DNA of 64,000 nt from Dehalococcoidales bacterium (GTDB taxonomy: Bacteria; Chloroflexota; Dehalococcoidia; Dehalococcoidales; UBA2162). Of this stretch, positions 38,521 to 48,555 are shown in pieces. The notes below the pieces were generated by a model. It worked only from the letters and a program-made list of their open reading frames with translations. It had not been told where the DNA came from and ran no database searches. Position 1 is the stretch's first letter, and each line of letters begins with the position of its first letter. The stretch covers positions 38,788-102,787 of the forward strand of contig DAOULV010000018.1 of assembly GCA_034416335.1 (NCBI GenBank). The letters run 5' to 3'. A program made the translations under genes and the position numbers.

Positions 38521-38650
38521 CTTTTTGTTTCCTCTCCCTTGACGGGAGAGGATTAAGGTGAGGGTGAGAACTGGATTTATATCACCCTCATCCCCGTATC
38601 AAGTACGGGGCAGGCTCTGCCCTTCCCCCATCAAGGGGGAAGGGACTAGT
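38521..38650. repeat. REP element (caccctcacc/cctctccc family), inverted orientation
   Basis: Reverse complement of the element at 40845-40960. Confidence 0.85.
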
Positions 38651-38690
38651 TGTAGAACTGGCTTCAGACAATTTTTAATGCTACAGCGCA

Positions 38691-39242
38691 CTAGACCTTG
38701 AGATATTCTAATATCTGGGCGGTCATTATTTCGGCACTCAGCAGCTGTTCAAACCTGACTAACCGGCACGGTAGTGTTTTCATCCATTCTTCGTGGAGCG
38801 CCCTGCTTCGCATTTCCGTTCCGGCGGTGTCGTACTGTGCCGCCCATTCCATAAAGCCAGCGTGGTTTTCATGAAACCATCCTCCCGGCGCCAGGGCTGC
38901 TTCGCCGAACCGTTTCAGTTCCCTCTCCCTGAGCCTTGAGAGACGCAGGTCCTGAGGTATCCAGAGAAACACCACCATGGTAAACATCGGGATTGAGAAG
39001 TCACCCCATCCGCAGAGAGAACCGGACAGCACCCACGAAGGATATTTCTCAAGATCGGGCTTCAACAACTCAACCCGCTGTTCCGGCTCTCTTTTTTCCG
39101 TGTAAGGGATCTCGGTTTTCACCCAGTAATAGTCATCGGTGTCCAGGTGAGGAATGCCGAGACGTTCGGCAAGTGCTTTACCGAGGGTAGTTGTCCCCGA
39201 ACCAGCAGACCCGAATATGTGTATCCTGTTATTCATGCCCAT
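38691..39242 (-). CDS. P-loop NTPase, adenylate/shikimate-kinase-like
   Basis: 183 aa. Walker A motif GSAGSGTTTLG. Confidence 0.7.
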   Translation of the reverse strand: MGMNNRIHIFGSAGSGTTTLGKALAERLGIPHLDTDDYYWVKTEIPYTEKREPEQRVELLKPDLEKYPSWVLSGSLCGWGDFSIPMFTMVVFLWIPQDLRLSRLRERELKRFGEAALAPGGWFHENHAGFMEWAAQYDTAGTEMRSRALHEEWMKTLPCRLVRFEQLLSAEIMTAQILEYLKV

Positions 39243-39861
39243 AAACAGCTTGGTACAGCAGGGTCGGTGGTTCTTCTCTCACGCGCAGGTCGTCGATGTC
39301 CAAATCCCTGCTCAGGTCGAACAACTCTTTTTCACGCTTTTTCGCTTCTTCTACGCTGGCTGCGGATTTTTCCAGCTCGACCATCAGCGGATACTTTAAT
39401 GCCGGACATGACATCAGCTTGATATCTACGTTTAACGGTTCGTAATAGCCGTAGGCATCTTCACCCTGAAACGACATAAACTCGTAGTGCCCCAAGCGGT
39501 TAAGCTCTTTAATTACCTCATCAAGACTCCCTGAATTTTCTTTTCCACCGAGTCGTTTAAGTATGTCACTTCCGGTAATTCCATCCGAGATTATTTCTTC
39601 GATTTCCTGTCTGATATTGGCGAAACTGCCGATATCGGGACCTTTCAGGCAAAGAAAATATACCGGTTTGTCACCGGTATACAATACACCGATTCTGAGG
39701 AGTTGCCCTGATTCAAAAAGCGCCCGGCCGTAGATTCTGCTGTCCCAGGTTTTTTTGTCTTTAAGGCGATCGTTCAGGAAGGGAATTTTGTTGCAGGCTT
39801 CCTCGTAATTATCGAATTTATATCTGATTTCTACTTCATAGGGTGGTTGAGGATTCGGCAT
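39229..39861 (-). CDS. Hypothetical protein, tentatively CYTH-like
   Basis: 210 aa. The N-terminal YEVEIRYKF resembles the CYTH ExExK strand. Weak call. Confidence 0.5.
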   Translation of the reverse strand: MPNPQPPYEVEIRYKFDNYEEACNKIPFLNDRLKDKKTWDSRIYGRALFESGQLLRIGVLYTGDKPVYFLCLKGPDIGSFANIRQEIEEIISDGITGSDILKRLGGKENSGSLDEVIKELNRLGHYEFMSFQGEDAYGYYEPLNVDIKLMSCPALKYPLMVELEKSAASVEEAKKREKELFDLSRDLDIDDLRVREEPPTLLYQAVYGHE

Positions 39862-40117
39862 ATGTTGTCCTTTTCCGTTCGTTTATTATACACCAATCTC
39901 AACTGTAAAAACGGTACTATTCGGTTTTAGTGGGTAAAGATCTATAGAGATTGCTTTTCCTTCCGCTCTTCCTTCGACAGGCTCAGGATGAGCGGAAGGA
40001 TCTCGTAAGGCTCAGGATGAGCGGAATGGTCTCGTAATGACCCGCCTCAGGCGGGAACTAATCAAATGCAAACGGAACCGTAAAAACTGTTAATTCCGGT
40101 ATGGCCGTTGTACAATC

Positions 40118-40813
40118 TTGAATAGAATGAAACTGAAAATAATGCGGATTATCGCCAGAGTAGTCTTTATTGCCTGTATTCCCTTTATTCTGTTCACCGC
40201 CAGTATAGCCGTTGCAGTAAACTGCGTTTCGCTGTATGAATATGGGTTCGATAAGTATAACGTCACTGATACCAGCGGTCTTGCCAGGACGGAACTGGTG
40301 AAATCGGCTGAAACCCTTATTTCGTACTTCAATTCCGGCGACGAATACGTCGACCTCACGGTAGAAAAAAACGGCGTCGAATTCGAGTTGTTTACCCGTG
40401 AGGAGTCCATTCATATGAAGGATGTGAAAGGGTTAATAAGGCTGGACTACGGTATACTGCCGGGGACTATTGTTTACGTTCTCGGTTATGCCGGGGTATG
40501 TATTTACAGGCGGAAGTACGGACGGCATATCGCCTGGAACATAGTTATCGGCAGCGGCGTTACACTTGTCCTGATGCTGGCGTTATGGCTTGGCTCATTA
40601 TGGGATTTCGATGCGATATTTCTCCGGTTTCACCTGATAGCTTTCTCCAACGATTTCTGGTCGGCTAAAGGGTACATGCTTAAACTTTTCCCCGGAGATT
40701 TCTGGTATGATGCGACGCTGTTCTGCGCGCTGGGGATGGCGGCTGCGGCAGCCCTGGCAGGGATATCAGCCGGTATTTACTTATATTATAAAAAAGGTAC
40801 CAGTCGTTTGTGA
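40118..40813 (+). CDS. Integral membrane protein, TIGR01906/DUF1461 (Lit-like) family
   Basis: 231 aa. N-terminal TM, a periplasmic segment with YEYGFDKYNV and HMKDVKGL motifs, then 3-4 TM segments. Confidence 0.55.
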   Translation: MNRMKLKIMRIIARVVFIACIPFILFTASIAVAVNCVSLYEYGFDKYNVTDTSGLARTELVKSAETLISYFNSGDEYVDLTVEKNGVEFELFTREESIHMKDVKGLIRLDYGILPGTIVYVLGYAGVCIYRRKYGRHIAWNIVIGSGVTLVLMLALWLGSLWDFDAIFLRFHLIAFSNDFWSAKGYMLKLFPGDFWYDATLFCALGMAAAAALAGISAGIYLYYKKGTSRL

Positions 40814-40844
40814 CTCTGGTATTCGGTACTCCCCATAACATACA

Positions 40845-41172
40845 ATGGGGAAGGGCAGAGCCTGCTCCGTACTTGATACGGGGATGAGGGTGATATAAAT
40901 CTAATTTTCACCCTCACCTTAATCCTCTCCCGTCAAGGGAGAGGAAACAAATAGTGTGTTATCCTGAAAAATTATGCATTACCTGGTACCGGGTTTTCAC
41001 CCTCACCTTAATCCTCTCCCGTTAAGGGAGAGGAAATAAAAAGTGTATTATTCCGAAAAATTATGCATTACCTGGTACCGGATTTTCACCCTCACCTTAG
41101 TCCTCTCCCGTCAAGGGAGAGGAGACAAAAAGTGTGTTATCGTCCGCCCTTCGGCAGACTCCTTGCAATGAC
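40845..41172. repeat. REP element followed by 89-bp tandem repeat x3
   Basis: ttttcaccctcacctta starts at 40905, 40994 and 41083. Each unit includes cctctcccgtcaagggagagg and aaattatgcattacctggtac. Confidence 0.9.
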
Positions 41173-41357
41173 GAAGGAGGGACGGATTGTCAGGGCCTTC
41201 GCCCCTCTCAAACTCTGTAGATGTCAAGGACTTGCGTTGACAACAAGAGAAACCAGGTGAAAACAGAACCATAAAAAATAATACTTGCATTTTTACAGGT
41301 AAATGTCATAATAAATTAATCTTCCGGTAATATTACCGGCATACAGGAGATAGATAT

Positions 41358-42152
41358 ATGAAAAAAGCCCTGAGTGCGATTGTACCGGTTATTCTGCTTG
41401 TTGCCATTCTGCTGTTGCCGGGATGTAAAGATGTAATAGGCACCGGTGAAGTAATCACCGAAAAGAAAGACTTTACCAATTTTACCTCCCTCGATATCGG
41501 AAGTGCCTTTGAAGTTAACATAACCAAAGCCGACACTTTCAGCGTGGTTATCAGTGCCGATGAGAGTCTGTTCGACTATGTCGAAGTTACCCAGACGGGT
41601 ACCAAACTGAAAGTATACCTGAGTCCCCGCCATATTTTCACCGATTTCACTCTCGGTAAAAGAGTGCTGAAAGCCGAGATCACGATGCCATCTCTTCATG
41701 AGCTGGAGATTTCAGGAGCCAGTAAAGGAACTATGACCGGATTTCAGTCGGCGTCTCCACTCAAGCTGGGTATTTCCGGTGCGACAACCCTGAAACTGGT
41801 CAATACGAAAGCAGGCGATACCGAGTGCGAGATATCCGGGGCAAGTAAATTATCCGGTAATCTGACGGCTGTCGACGTTGATTTCAACATATCAGGAGCC
41901 AGCAGTATGGAGGTCTCGGGTTCTGCAAATGATCTGAAGTTAGAGGTATCAGGTGCCAGCCGGGCGGACCTTACGGACTTTAAGGCGGAAAATGCCGGCG
42001 TAGACCTGAGCGGTGCCAGCGAGGCTACGATATACGTGCATGAAACACTTGATGTCGAGGTCAGCGGAGCCTCAAGACTGTATTTCCTGGGAAACCCGAA
42101 GCTGGGTGAAACCGATGTATCCGGTGCTTCCACCATCAAGCATAAAGACTAA
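41358..42152 (+). CDS. Lipoprotein with DUF2807/GIN (head domain of trimeric-autotransporter-like beta-helix) repeats
   Basis: 264 aa. Lipobox LLPGC. Eight SGA[ST] repeats. The N-terminal GTGEVITEKKDFTNF pattern is typical of DUF2807. Confidence 0.7.
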   Translation: MKKALSAIVPVILLVAILLLPGCKDVIGTGEVITEKKDFTNFTSLDIGSAFEVNITKADTFSVVISADESLFDYVEVTQTGTKLKVYLSPRHIFTDFTLGKRVLKAEITMPSLHELEISGASKGTMTGFQSASPLKLGISGATTLKLVNTKAGDTECEISGASKLSGNLTAVDVDFNISGASSMEVSGSANDLKLEVSGASRADLTDFKAENAGVDLSGASEATIYVHETLDVEVSGASRLYFLGNPKLGETDVSGASTIKHKD

Positions 42153-42196
42153 ACAGTTGATAAGAGTGTAAGATCCTTCGTCTGCCTGCGGCGGGT

Positions 42197-42949
42197 TCAG
42201 GATGACGACCGTTCTTCAATTCTCTGCCTGAAGGCAGCGTGCATAACGAGCGCGGCGGCAACCGAAGCATTCAGTGAATTTATTTTCCCCTTCATCGGGA
42301 TATACGCAACCGTATCGCAGTGTTTCCTGACCAGCGGCGACAGTCCCTTCCCTTCGCCGCCGATAACGATGGCTGAAGGCAGTGTGAAATCGATACCGGC
42401 AAAGTCGGTTTTACCGGTCGTTTCTATTCCCGTTATCCAGATATTGTTCTTTTTCAGGGTTTCTATTGCCTGTGAAATGTTGGCTACCCTGGCTACCGGG
42501 ACATATTCGATAGCTCCTGCCGACGTCTTGGCGACCGACGAAGTCAGTCCGACGGCGCGGCGCGACCTGATAATAATGCCGTGGACACCGGTTGCCCCGG
42601 CCGTTCTCAGGATTGCCCCCAGGTTAGCCGGGTCCTCGATACCGTCCAGGACGCAGAAAAGCGCCGGTTCACCTGTTTTCTCGGGTATCGCCAGCAGTTC
42701 ATCAAGGGTGGCGTATTCACGGGCGGCGGTAATTGCGATGATGCCCCGGCTGCTGCCTTTTAGACTCTGCCGGTCAAGTGTATATCGTTCGACATACTCG
42801 ACCGGTATGTGCCTGTTCTTTGCCTGCTCAAGAATTTCCGATACCGCGGCGTCTTTTTTCAGACCTTTTGCCAGCAGGATTTTGTTTACCGGTCTGCCCG
42901 ACTTCAGGGCTTCGAGGACCGGGTTCTTACCTTCTATCGTGTCAGGCAT
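42197..42949 (-). CDS. rlmB: 23S rRNA (guanosine-2'-O)-methyltransferase RlmB (SpoU/TrmH)
   Basis: 250 aa. N-terminal SpoU substrate-binding domain (GKNPVLEAL) and SPOUT motifs (GNEGKG-like GGEGKGL, and SLNASVA). Confidence 0.85.
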   Translation of the reverse strand: MPDTIEGKNPVLEALKSGRPVNKILLAKGLKKDAAVSEILEQAKNRHIPVEYVERYTLDRQSLKGSSRGIIAITAAREYATLDELLAIPEKTGEPALFCVLDGIEDPANLGAILRTAGATGVHGIIIRSRRAVGLTSSVAKTSAGAIEYVPVARVANISQAIETLKKNNIWITGIETTGKTDFAGIDFTLPSAIVIGGEGKGLSPLVRKHCDTVAYIPMKGKINSLNASVAAALVMHAAFRQRIEERSSS

Positions 42950-44039
42950 TTCTTTCTCTTGTCAGCCTGCCGAGCCGGTTTTCAGCGTTTCTTTTCTCGC
43001 CGGGGGCGATTTTACTCCTGCCGATGGCTTTTCTCAGCAGCTCTATCGACCGGTCGTAGGTTTCGCGGTCGACCGGGTAGGGTATGCCGTCTTTTCCGCC
43101 ATGGGCGAAACTGTACCGGGCGGGGTCGCGGTAACTCGGCGCCACGCCGTGAACGAGTTCCGATATCAGGCTTAAGGCGCGGATCGTTTTGGCGCCTACA
43201 CCAGGCAGACCGAGAAGTTCCTTGAAATTTCCCGGCTGCCTTTCGTAGGTACTCAGAATAATTTTCTTCAGGCTGTCCGGGTGCAGGTCCTCCGTCCTGA
43301 TATCGTGACGGGCCGGCAGACTCAGGGTTTTTATCTTTTTCAGGTCCAGGAGTATTTCTTCCGGTTTCTGGCTGGAAACAATTTCGGCGATGGTGTTTCT
43401 GGCAGGGTCGCTTTCGCCGGCTACCAGGTTTAGCGTTTTCCCCCTGGTCTCGGAGAGGATGGCTGAATGGGGTTCGTTGACGAAATCGGTAACCTCTCTG
43501 CCCAGCCAGTGATAGCGCCGGGCATACCGGGCCGACTCGTTCATTCCCTGCTGGACAACCGCCCAGGAGCCGTTTTTGGTGAAGATGAATGAATGGTGAT
43601 ATATCTGATACCCGTCCTGGACGGCGGCGCTGTCTACCTTAGCGGACATGCGGCTGGCATAGATGAGAGGATCCGGGTTTATGGAAATGGTCTCACCCCA
43701 TTTTATGAGCTCCGACGGGGTTTTACGGGAAGTAGCACCCTTACCTCCGGCGACGAACAATCCGAGGTCGCGTTCCATTCCCCTGATGCCTTCTTTAAGG
43801 GCGCCACAGAGGGTGGTGGTTACGCCGCTCGAATGCCAGTCGAAACCCAGGATGCAGCCGAAAGCCTGGAACCAGTAGGGATGGGAGAGACGGTTCAGCA
43901 TCTCTTCGGGACCGTAATCGGAGACGATAGCGATGGTAATCTCGTGAGCGAGCTTTACCATGCGCTGGAAAAGCCACCTGGGCGCTTTACCTCCGTGGAG
44001 AGGGAGGTTGGCGATACCGGTTCTGGCGGGACCAGGCAT
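42942..44039 (-). CDS. DUF763 family protein
   Basis: 365 aa. The LPLHGGKAPRWLFQRM..PYWFQAFGCILGFDWHSSGVTTT motif block is recalled as DUF763. The 3' end overlaps the rlmB start by 8 nt. Confidence 0.6.
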   Translation of the reverse strand: MPGPARTGIANLPLHGGKAPRWLFQRMVKLAHEITIAIVSDYGPEEMLNRLSHPYWFQAFGCILGFDWHSSGVTTTLCGALKEGIRGMERDLGLFVAGGKGATSRKTPSELIKWGETISINPDPLIYASRMSAKVDSAAVQDGYQIYHHSFIFTKNGSWAVVQQGMNESARYARRYHWLGREVTDFVNEPHSAILSETRGKTLNLVAGESDPARNTIAEIVSSQKPEEILLDLKKIKTLSLPARHDIRTEDLHPDSLKKIILSTYERQPGNFKELLGLPGVGAKTIRALSLISELVHGVAPSYRDPARYSFAHGGKDGIPYPVDRETYDRSIELLRKAIGRSKIAPGEKRNAENRLGRLTRERNA

Positions 44040-44052
44040 TATATAACTCCGG

Positions 44053-44289
44053 CTAACTGGCGCAGGTGGTGCAGCTCCCGGAGGAACAGCTTGCGCAGGA
44101 ATGTCCTCCGCCGGCTACTGCCGTAGTCATTCCGCTTTCATCGGATGAGAAGCAGGCGAACGTGGACAGTGCCCGTTCGGCTTCATGCTTGCAGTGCGGA
44201 CACTCGGCTCCTTCGTCCGCTTTACTCATCGAGCGGAGCATCTCGAACTTCGTGTCGCAGCTTGAACATACATACTCGTATATCGGCAT
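44053..44289 (-). CDS. FmdB-family zinc-ribbon protein
   Basis: 78 aa. N-terminal MPIYEYVCSSC...CPHC, with a Cys/Ser-rich tail. Confidence 0.8.
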   Translation of the reverse strand: MPIYEYVCSSCDTKFEMLRSMSKADEGAECPHCKHEAERALSTFACFSSDESGMTTAVAGGGHSCASCSSGSCTTCAS

Positions 44290-44459
44290 CTTTTCTCTCC
44301 TAAGATTAGTTTAAGCACTGGCAACGGGGAAGTCAAGATGAATTGTTAAATCATAAATCCGAAACACTAAATACTAAACAAATACGAATAACAAAATACA
44401 AATGTTTTAAAATTTGGAATTGTTTAGAGTTTAGAAATTAGAGATTAGAACTTAAACTT

Positions 44460-46010
44460 TTATCTTTCCCAAACCACTTCGCCGCCGATTAGGGTCTTCT
44501 CAACCCGGATATCCTTTATCTGTTCGGGCGGTACCGAAAGCGGACTGTTGCTCAGCAGTACCATATCCGCCAGTTTTCCTCTGCTAATGGTACCCTTTTC
44601 GTTTTCTTCAAAAGATGCATAGGCCGCGTTCCGGGTATACATTTCGAGGGCTTTTTCAGGCGAAATCCGTTCTTCAGGCAGGACTTCCTGGCCGAATTCG
44701 GTCAGCCTGGTCACGGCGCCGAACATCCCAACCAGAGGATTATCATCGACTATCGGTGAGTCAGAACTTCCGGCAACAGTTATTCCGGCGTCCATCATTG
44801 AGCTTATACGGTAGAGCCACTTCTGCCTATCGGGTGGTACCGTCGCCAGATACCTTTCACCGCTGTAATAGAGAAACGGCGGCTGGGTCACCACGGTAAT
44901 TCCCAGCTTCTTTATTACTTCCAGCAGGGAAGGGGGGCATTCGGAGCAGTGTTCTATCCTGTGGCGGTGGTTATCCCGCGGTATTTGAGTAAGGGCGTAT
45001 TCTATCGCGTTTACCGCGGCTTCAACCGTTTCGTACCTGATGGCGTGAATGGCAGCCGGGAACCCTTTCCGGTGGATATCCAGTACCATTTTATTCAGTT
45101 CTTCCCGGGCGGGATGGATGCCTTTATCTCTCGTTTCCGAGGGCGTAATCTTGACCGTGCCGAGCCTTAAATGAGAATCGCCGGAACCGAATGATAATCC
45201 GGCTTCTATGAATTCATCCAGATATTCCGTTCCCGGCATATAGTAGAGTCGTGACTTCAGCAACCCCTTTTCTTTGAACCGGCGGAATTTTCCCAAGCGG
45301 GCATAGTCGTTAACCACCGTGGCGTCCTGCAGCGATGTAATCCCCTGTGAGAGGTAATGTTCACCGGCAAGCCCGATTCCTTTTTCCAGCTCCGTTTCCG
45401 GTATGGACGGCATCACTTCTTCCCTGATGTAGCCCAGCATTTCAAGCAGCAGTCCGCTGGGTTCGCCGGTGTCCAGCTCTCTTTCGATATACCCACCCGG
45501 CGGTTCCTCGGTCTCGCGGGTGATACCGGCAAGGGAAAGTGCTTTGCTGTTAAGGACGCAGGCATGGAGAGAACGATGGGAAAGAACAACGGGATGGTCG
45601 GGAGCGACCTCATCGATATCTCTCCGGTTCGGATGGCGTTTCTCGGCAATATAAAAATCGTTGTAGTCCGTACCCGATATCCACTCTCCCGGCGGCGTAT
45701 TTTCCGCCTTTCTTTTAATTGCCGCCTTGATATCGTCTATCGACCTGACGACTTTTTCCGAAAGGTCGACGCTTATCAGCTTGCGCAGGAAGGAGAAAAT
45801 GTGGCAGTGGGCGTCATTGAATCCGGGAACCACCGTGCTGCTCTGACAGTCGATTATCCTCGTTTCCGGACCTGCGACCGAACCCGCGTCTTGGCTGCTT
45901 CCGGCAAACAGTATCCTGCCGTCTTTTACAGCGACCGATTCCGCAACTGGGTTTTCGGGGTCGAGTGTAAGTACGTTTCCGCTTTTCAGTATCAGGTCGG
46001 CTTTCGCCAT
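44460..46010 (-). CDS. Amidohydrolase-3 family (YtcJ-like) metal-dependent hydrolase
   Basis: 516 aa. Contains PGFNDAHCH and the C-terminal GSDSP and GKLAD motifs. Confidence 0.85.
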   Translation of the reverse strand: MAKADLILKSGNVLTLDPENPVAESVAVKDGRILFAGSSQDAGSVAGPETRIIDCQSSTVVPGFNDAHCHIFSFLRKLISVDLSEKVVRSIDDIKAAIKRKAENTPPGEWISGTDYNDFYIAEKRHPNRRDIDEVAPDHPVVLSHRSLHACVLNSKALSLAGITRETEEPPGGYIERELDTGEPSGLLLEMLGYIREEVMPSIPETELEKGIGLAGEHYLSQGITSLQDATVVNDYARLGKFRRFKEKGLLKSRLYYMPGTEYLDEFIEAGLSFGSGDSHLRLGTVKITPSETRDKGIHPAREELNKMVLDIHRKGFPAAIHAIRYETVEAAVNAIEYALTQIPRDNHRHRIEHCSECPPSLLEVIKKLGITVVTQPPFLYYSGERYLATVPPDRQKWLYRISSMMDAGITVAGSSDSPIVDDNPLVGMFGAVTRLTEFGQEVLPEERISPEKALEMYTRNAAYASFEENEKGTISRGKLADMVLLSNSPLSVPPEQIKDIRVEKTLIGGEVVWER

Positions 46011-46263
46011 CGTCTCACCATTAACCGCTTGAACTGTAGGCTAGTATACTACCGGAAAATCCTTCCGGACAAATGGAGGACACGGATAAAATAACATCGA
46101 ACTTGCTGAAATACCGAGTTCGTGGACCGGTAAGAAGGTAAACGACGGCCGGATATAGAGTCCGTAATGTTTCGATACTGTTTTCTCCGTATTTTTACCC
46201 GTTCTTATTCTCATATCGCAGGCACTTTAATCCTGTCTTTATCCGGTGCTATAATAGATAGGA

Positions 46264-48453
46264 ATGGATATCCTTACGAACCTGAACCCGGCTCAGAGAG
46301 AAGCCGTGGAGGCAATCAGTGGACCGGTACTTATTTTAGCCGGTCCCGGCAGCGGAAAGACCAGAGTAATTACCCACCGTGTAGCTTATCTCATAAGGAC
46401 CTGCGGGGTAAGTCCCCGCAACATTATGGCGGTTACCTTCACCAACAAAGCCGCCAGAGAGATGGAAGAGCGGCTCAACGGCCTGATAAGCAGTTCGGTG
46501 CAGGACCTGACTCTCGGTACCTTCCACGCTATATGCGTTCGCATCCTCCGCACCAGCGGAAGCGCTGCCAATATCGACCCACAGTTCGTGATATACGACC
46601 GCGAAGACCAGCTGTCCGTGGTTAAGCGCGGTATCCAGGAAGCCGATTTCGATCCCAAGCAGTACGCTCCCGGAGCGATAATTTCAGCGATATCCTCAGC
46701 CAAGAGCCGGATGCTTTCTCCTGCAGAATTCGTCAAGACCGAGCGAAATTACTTCGACGAAGTGGTCAGCCGGGTCTATGAGAACTACCAGCGCATGCTC
46801 GAAGATAGCAACGCCCTCGACTTCGACGACCTCCTGATGAAGACGGTGCTGCTTTTCCGCAACCATCCCGATATCCTGGCGCGATACCAGTCGCGTTACG
46901 TTCACCTGATGGTGGATGAATTCCAGGATACCAACCTGGTACAGTACGAGCTTATCAAGCAGATCGGCGGCAAGTACCGGAATATATGCGTAGTCGGCGA
47001 CCCCGACCAGTCGATATATTCCTGGCGGTTTGCCGACGTCCGCAATATCCTGAATTTCGAGAAGGACTATCCCGATGCCAAGGTCGTGATGCTGGAGGAG
47101 AATTACCGGTCGACCAAGACGATCCTCGAAACGGCGTCCTGCATTATTTCGGCAAACCAGCAGCGCAAGCCGGTGAATCTCTGGACGCAGAACGACGAGG
47201 GTGCTTCGGCCGTGGTGGTGGAGACGTATACCGAGCAGGAAGAAGCCCAGTTCGTGGTAAGTGAAATCGAGCGACTGGTAGAGCAGGGCGACTACAGCCT
47301 GGGCGACTGCGCCGTGATGTACCGCACCAATGCCCAGTCGCGCGTTCTCGAAGAAGCCTTCGTCCGCTATGGAATGCCCTACAAACTGGTGGCAGGGACC
47401 AGGTTCTACGAAAGACGTGAAGTCAAGGACATTATAGCCTACCTCAGGCTGATACAGAATCCTCACGACAGCGTCAGCCTGATGAGAGTAATCAACGTCC
47501 CCCAGAGGGGAATCGGCCAGCAGACCCAGCTTAAACTGGCTGCCTGGGCGAAGTCGATGGGAATATCCCAGTTCGAAGCGCTGCGGCTGTTGAACGGTGA
47601 ATCGACCGACGATCTTAAATTGCCCTTCAATTCCCACATCAGCCGGGTGCTGAAGGCTTTTTCCGAGTTGATGGAAGACCTTATCGCACGCAGTAAAGAA
47701 TTGAAGCTGGTGGAGCTGTTCGACCTAGTGGTAGAACGGTCGGGTTATAAGGAATATATTCAGAACGAAGCCAACGGTGACGGGCAGGAGCGATGGGAAA
47801 ATATCCTGGAACTGCGCTCTGTCGCCCAGAAGGACTATGGCGACCTTTCTCCACAGGAGTGCCTGGCGTCTTTCCTGGAAGAGGTTACGCTGGTATCCGA
47901 CGTCGACGGACTGGAGGAAGGTCTTACCGCCGTTACCCTAATTACGCTGCACCAGGCCAAAGGACTGGAATTTCCGGTGGTCTTCATTGCCGGTATGGAA
48001 GACGGCCTGCTTCCTCATTTCAGGACATTCGACGATCCTACCCAGATGGAGGAGGAGCGTCGACTCTGCTACGTAGGCGTTACCCGTGCCAAGCAGCTGG
48101 TCTACCTGGTCAGGGCTTTCCGCCGCAGCCTGATGGGTCGGAGCCAGGTAAGCGAGCCGTCGCGGTTCCTCAACGATATACCCAAACACCTGATTTCGAC
48201 CGGCGACTGGAAAGACGGTAGCGAAAACGATGTATTTCCGTCGATTCAGGCCTGGAATAAACCTGCCGTTGCCGCGTCCGTTACTACGGCTTCCGAATAC
48301 CAGGCAGGCGACCATGTATACCACGCCCAGTTCGGCAAGGGGGTGGTTGTCAGCTGCCAGTCGGTGAAGAACGATGCCGAGATAGTTATCGCCTTCAACG
48401 GCGCCGTCAAGAAACTTCTGCTCAGTTTCGCCAATCTGGAAAAAACGGACTAG
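46264..48453 (+). CDS. pcrA: ATP-dependent DNA helicase PcrA/UvrD
   Basis: 729 aa. SF1 helicase motifs are present (AGPGSGKT, DEFQDTN, VGDPDQSIY). Confidence 0.95.
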   Translation: MDILTNLNPAQREAVEAISGPVLILAGPGSGKTRVITHRVAYLIRTCGVSPRNIMAVTFTNKAAREMEERLNGLISSSVQDLTLGTFHAICVRILRTSGSAANIDPQFVIYDREDQLSVVKRGIQEADFDPKQYAPGAIISAISSAKSRMLSPAEFVKTERNYFDEVVSRVYENYQRMLEDSNALDFDDLLMKTVLLFRNHPDILARYQSRYVHLMVDEFQDTNLVQYELIKQIGGKYRNICVVGDPDQSIYSWRFADVRNILNFEKDYPDAKVVMLEENYRSTKTILETASCIISANQQRKPVNLWTQNDEGASAVVVETYTEQEEAQFVVSEIERLVEQGDYSLGDCAVMYRTNAQSRVLEEAFVRYGMPYKLVAGTRFYERREVKDIIAYLRLIQNPHDSVSLMRVINVPQRGIGQQTQLKLAAWAKSMGISQFEALRLLNGESTDDLKLPFNSHISRVLKAFSELMEDLIARSKELKLVELFDLVVERSGYKEYIQNEANGDGQERWENILELRSVAQKDYGDLSPQECLASFLEEVTLVSDVDGLEEGLTAVTLITLHQAKGLEFPVVFIAGMEDGLLPHFRTFDDPTQMEEERRLCYVGVTRAKQLVYLVRAFRRSLMGRSQVSEPSRFLNDIPKHLISTGDWKDGSENDVFPSIQAWNKPAVAASVTTASEYQAGDHVYHAQFGKGVVVSCQSVKNDAEIVIAFNGAVKKLLLSFANLEKTD

Positions 48454-48468
48454 GCTGGAAAAAATCCC

Positions 48469-48497
48469 TTGACATTTTACACGGAAACGTGTAAAAT
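48469..48497 (+). promoter_or_regulatory. Consensus-like sigma70 promoter with embedded palindrome, driving RM cassette 1
   Basis: TTGACA (48469-48474), a 17-nt spacer, then TAAAAT (48492-48497). The palindrome TACACG-gaaa-CGTGTA (48478-48493) overlaps the -10 element. Confidence 0.55.
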
Positions 48498-48555
48498 TCT
48501 GTTGATGGACATTTTTGAGCTTTTGGCCTACAATAAGTCAAACGAGGTCAATATT

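Noticed and set aside
44290-44459. AT-rich tract with ttaga(g/a) mini-repeats as a regulatory element or small RNA
   Set aside because: It is a low-complexity intergenic spacer between two convergently or tandemly arranged genes. No promoter, terminator or hairpin could be supported.
46696-47637. 313-aa minus-strand ORF
   Set aside because: It is antisense to pcrA.
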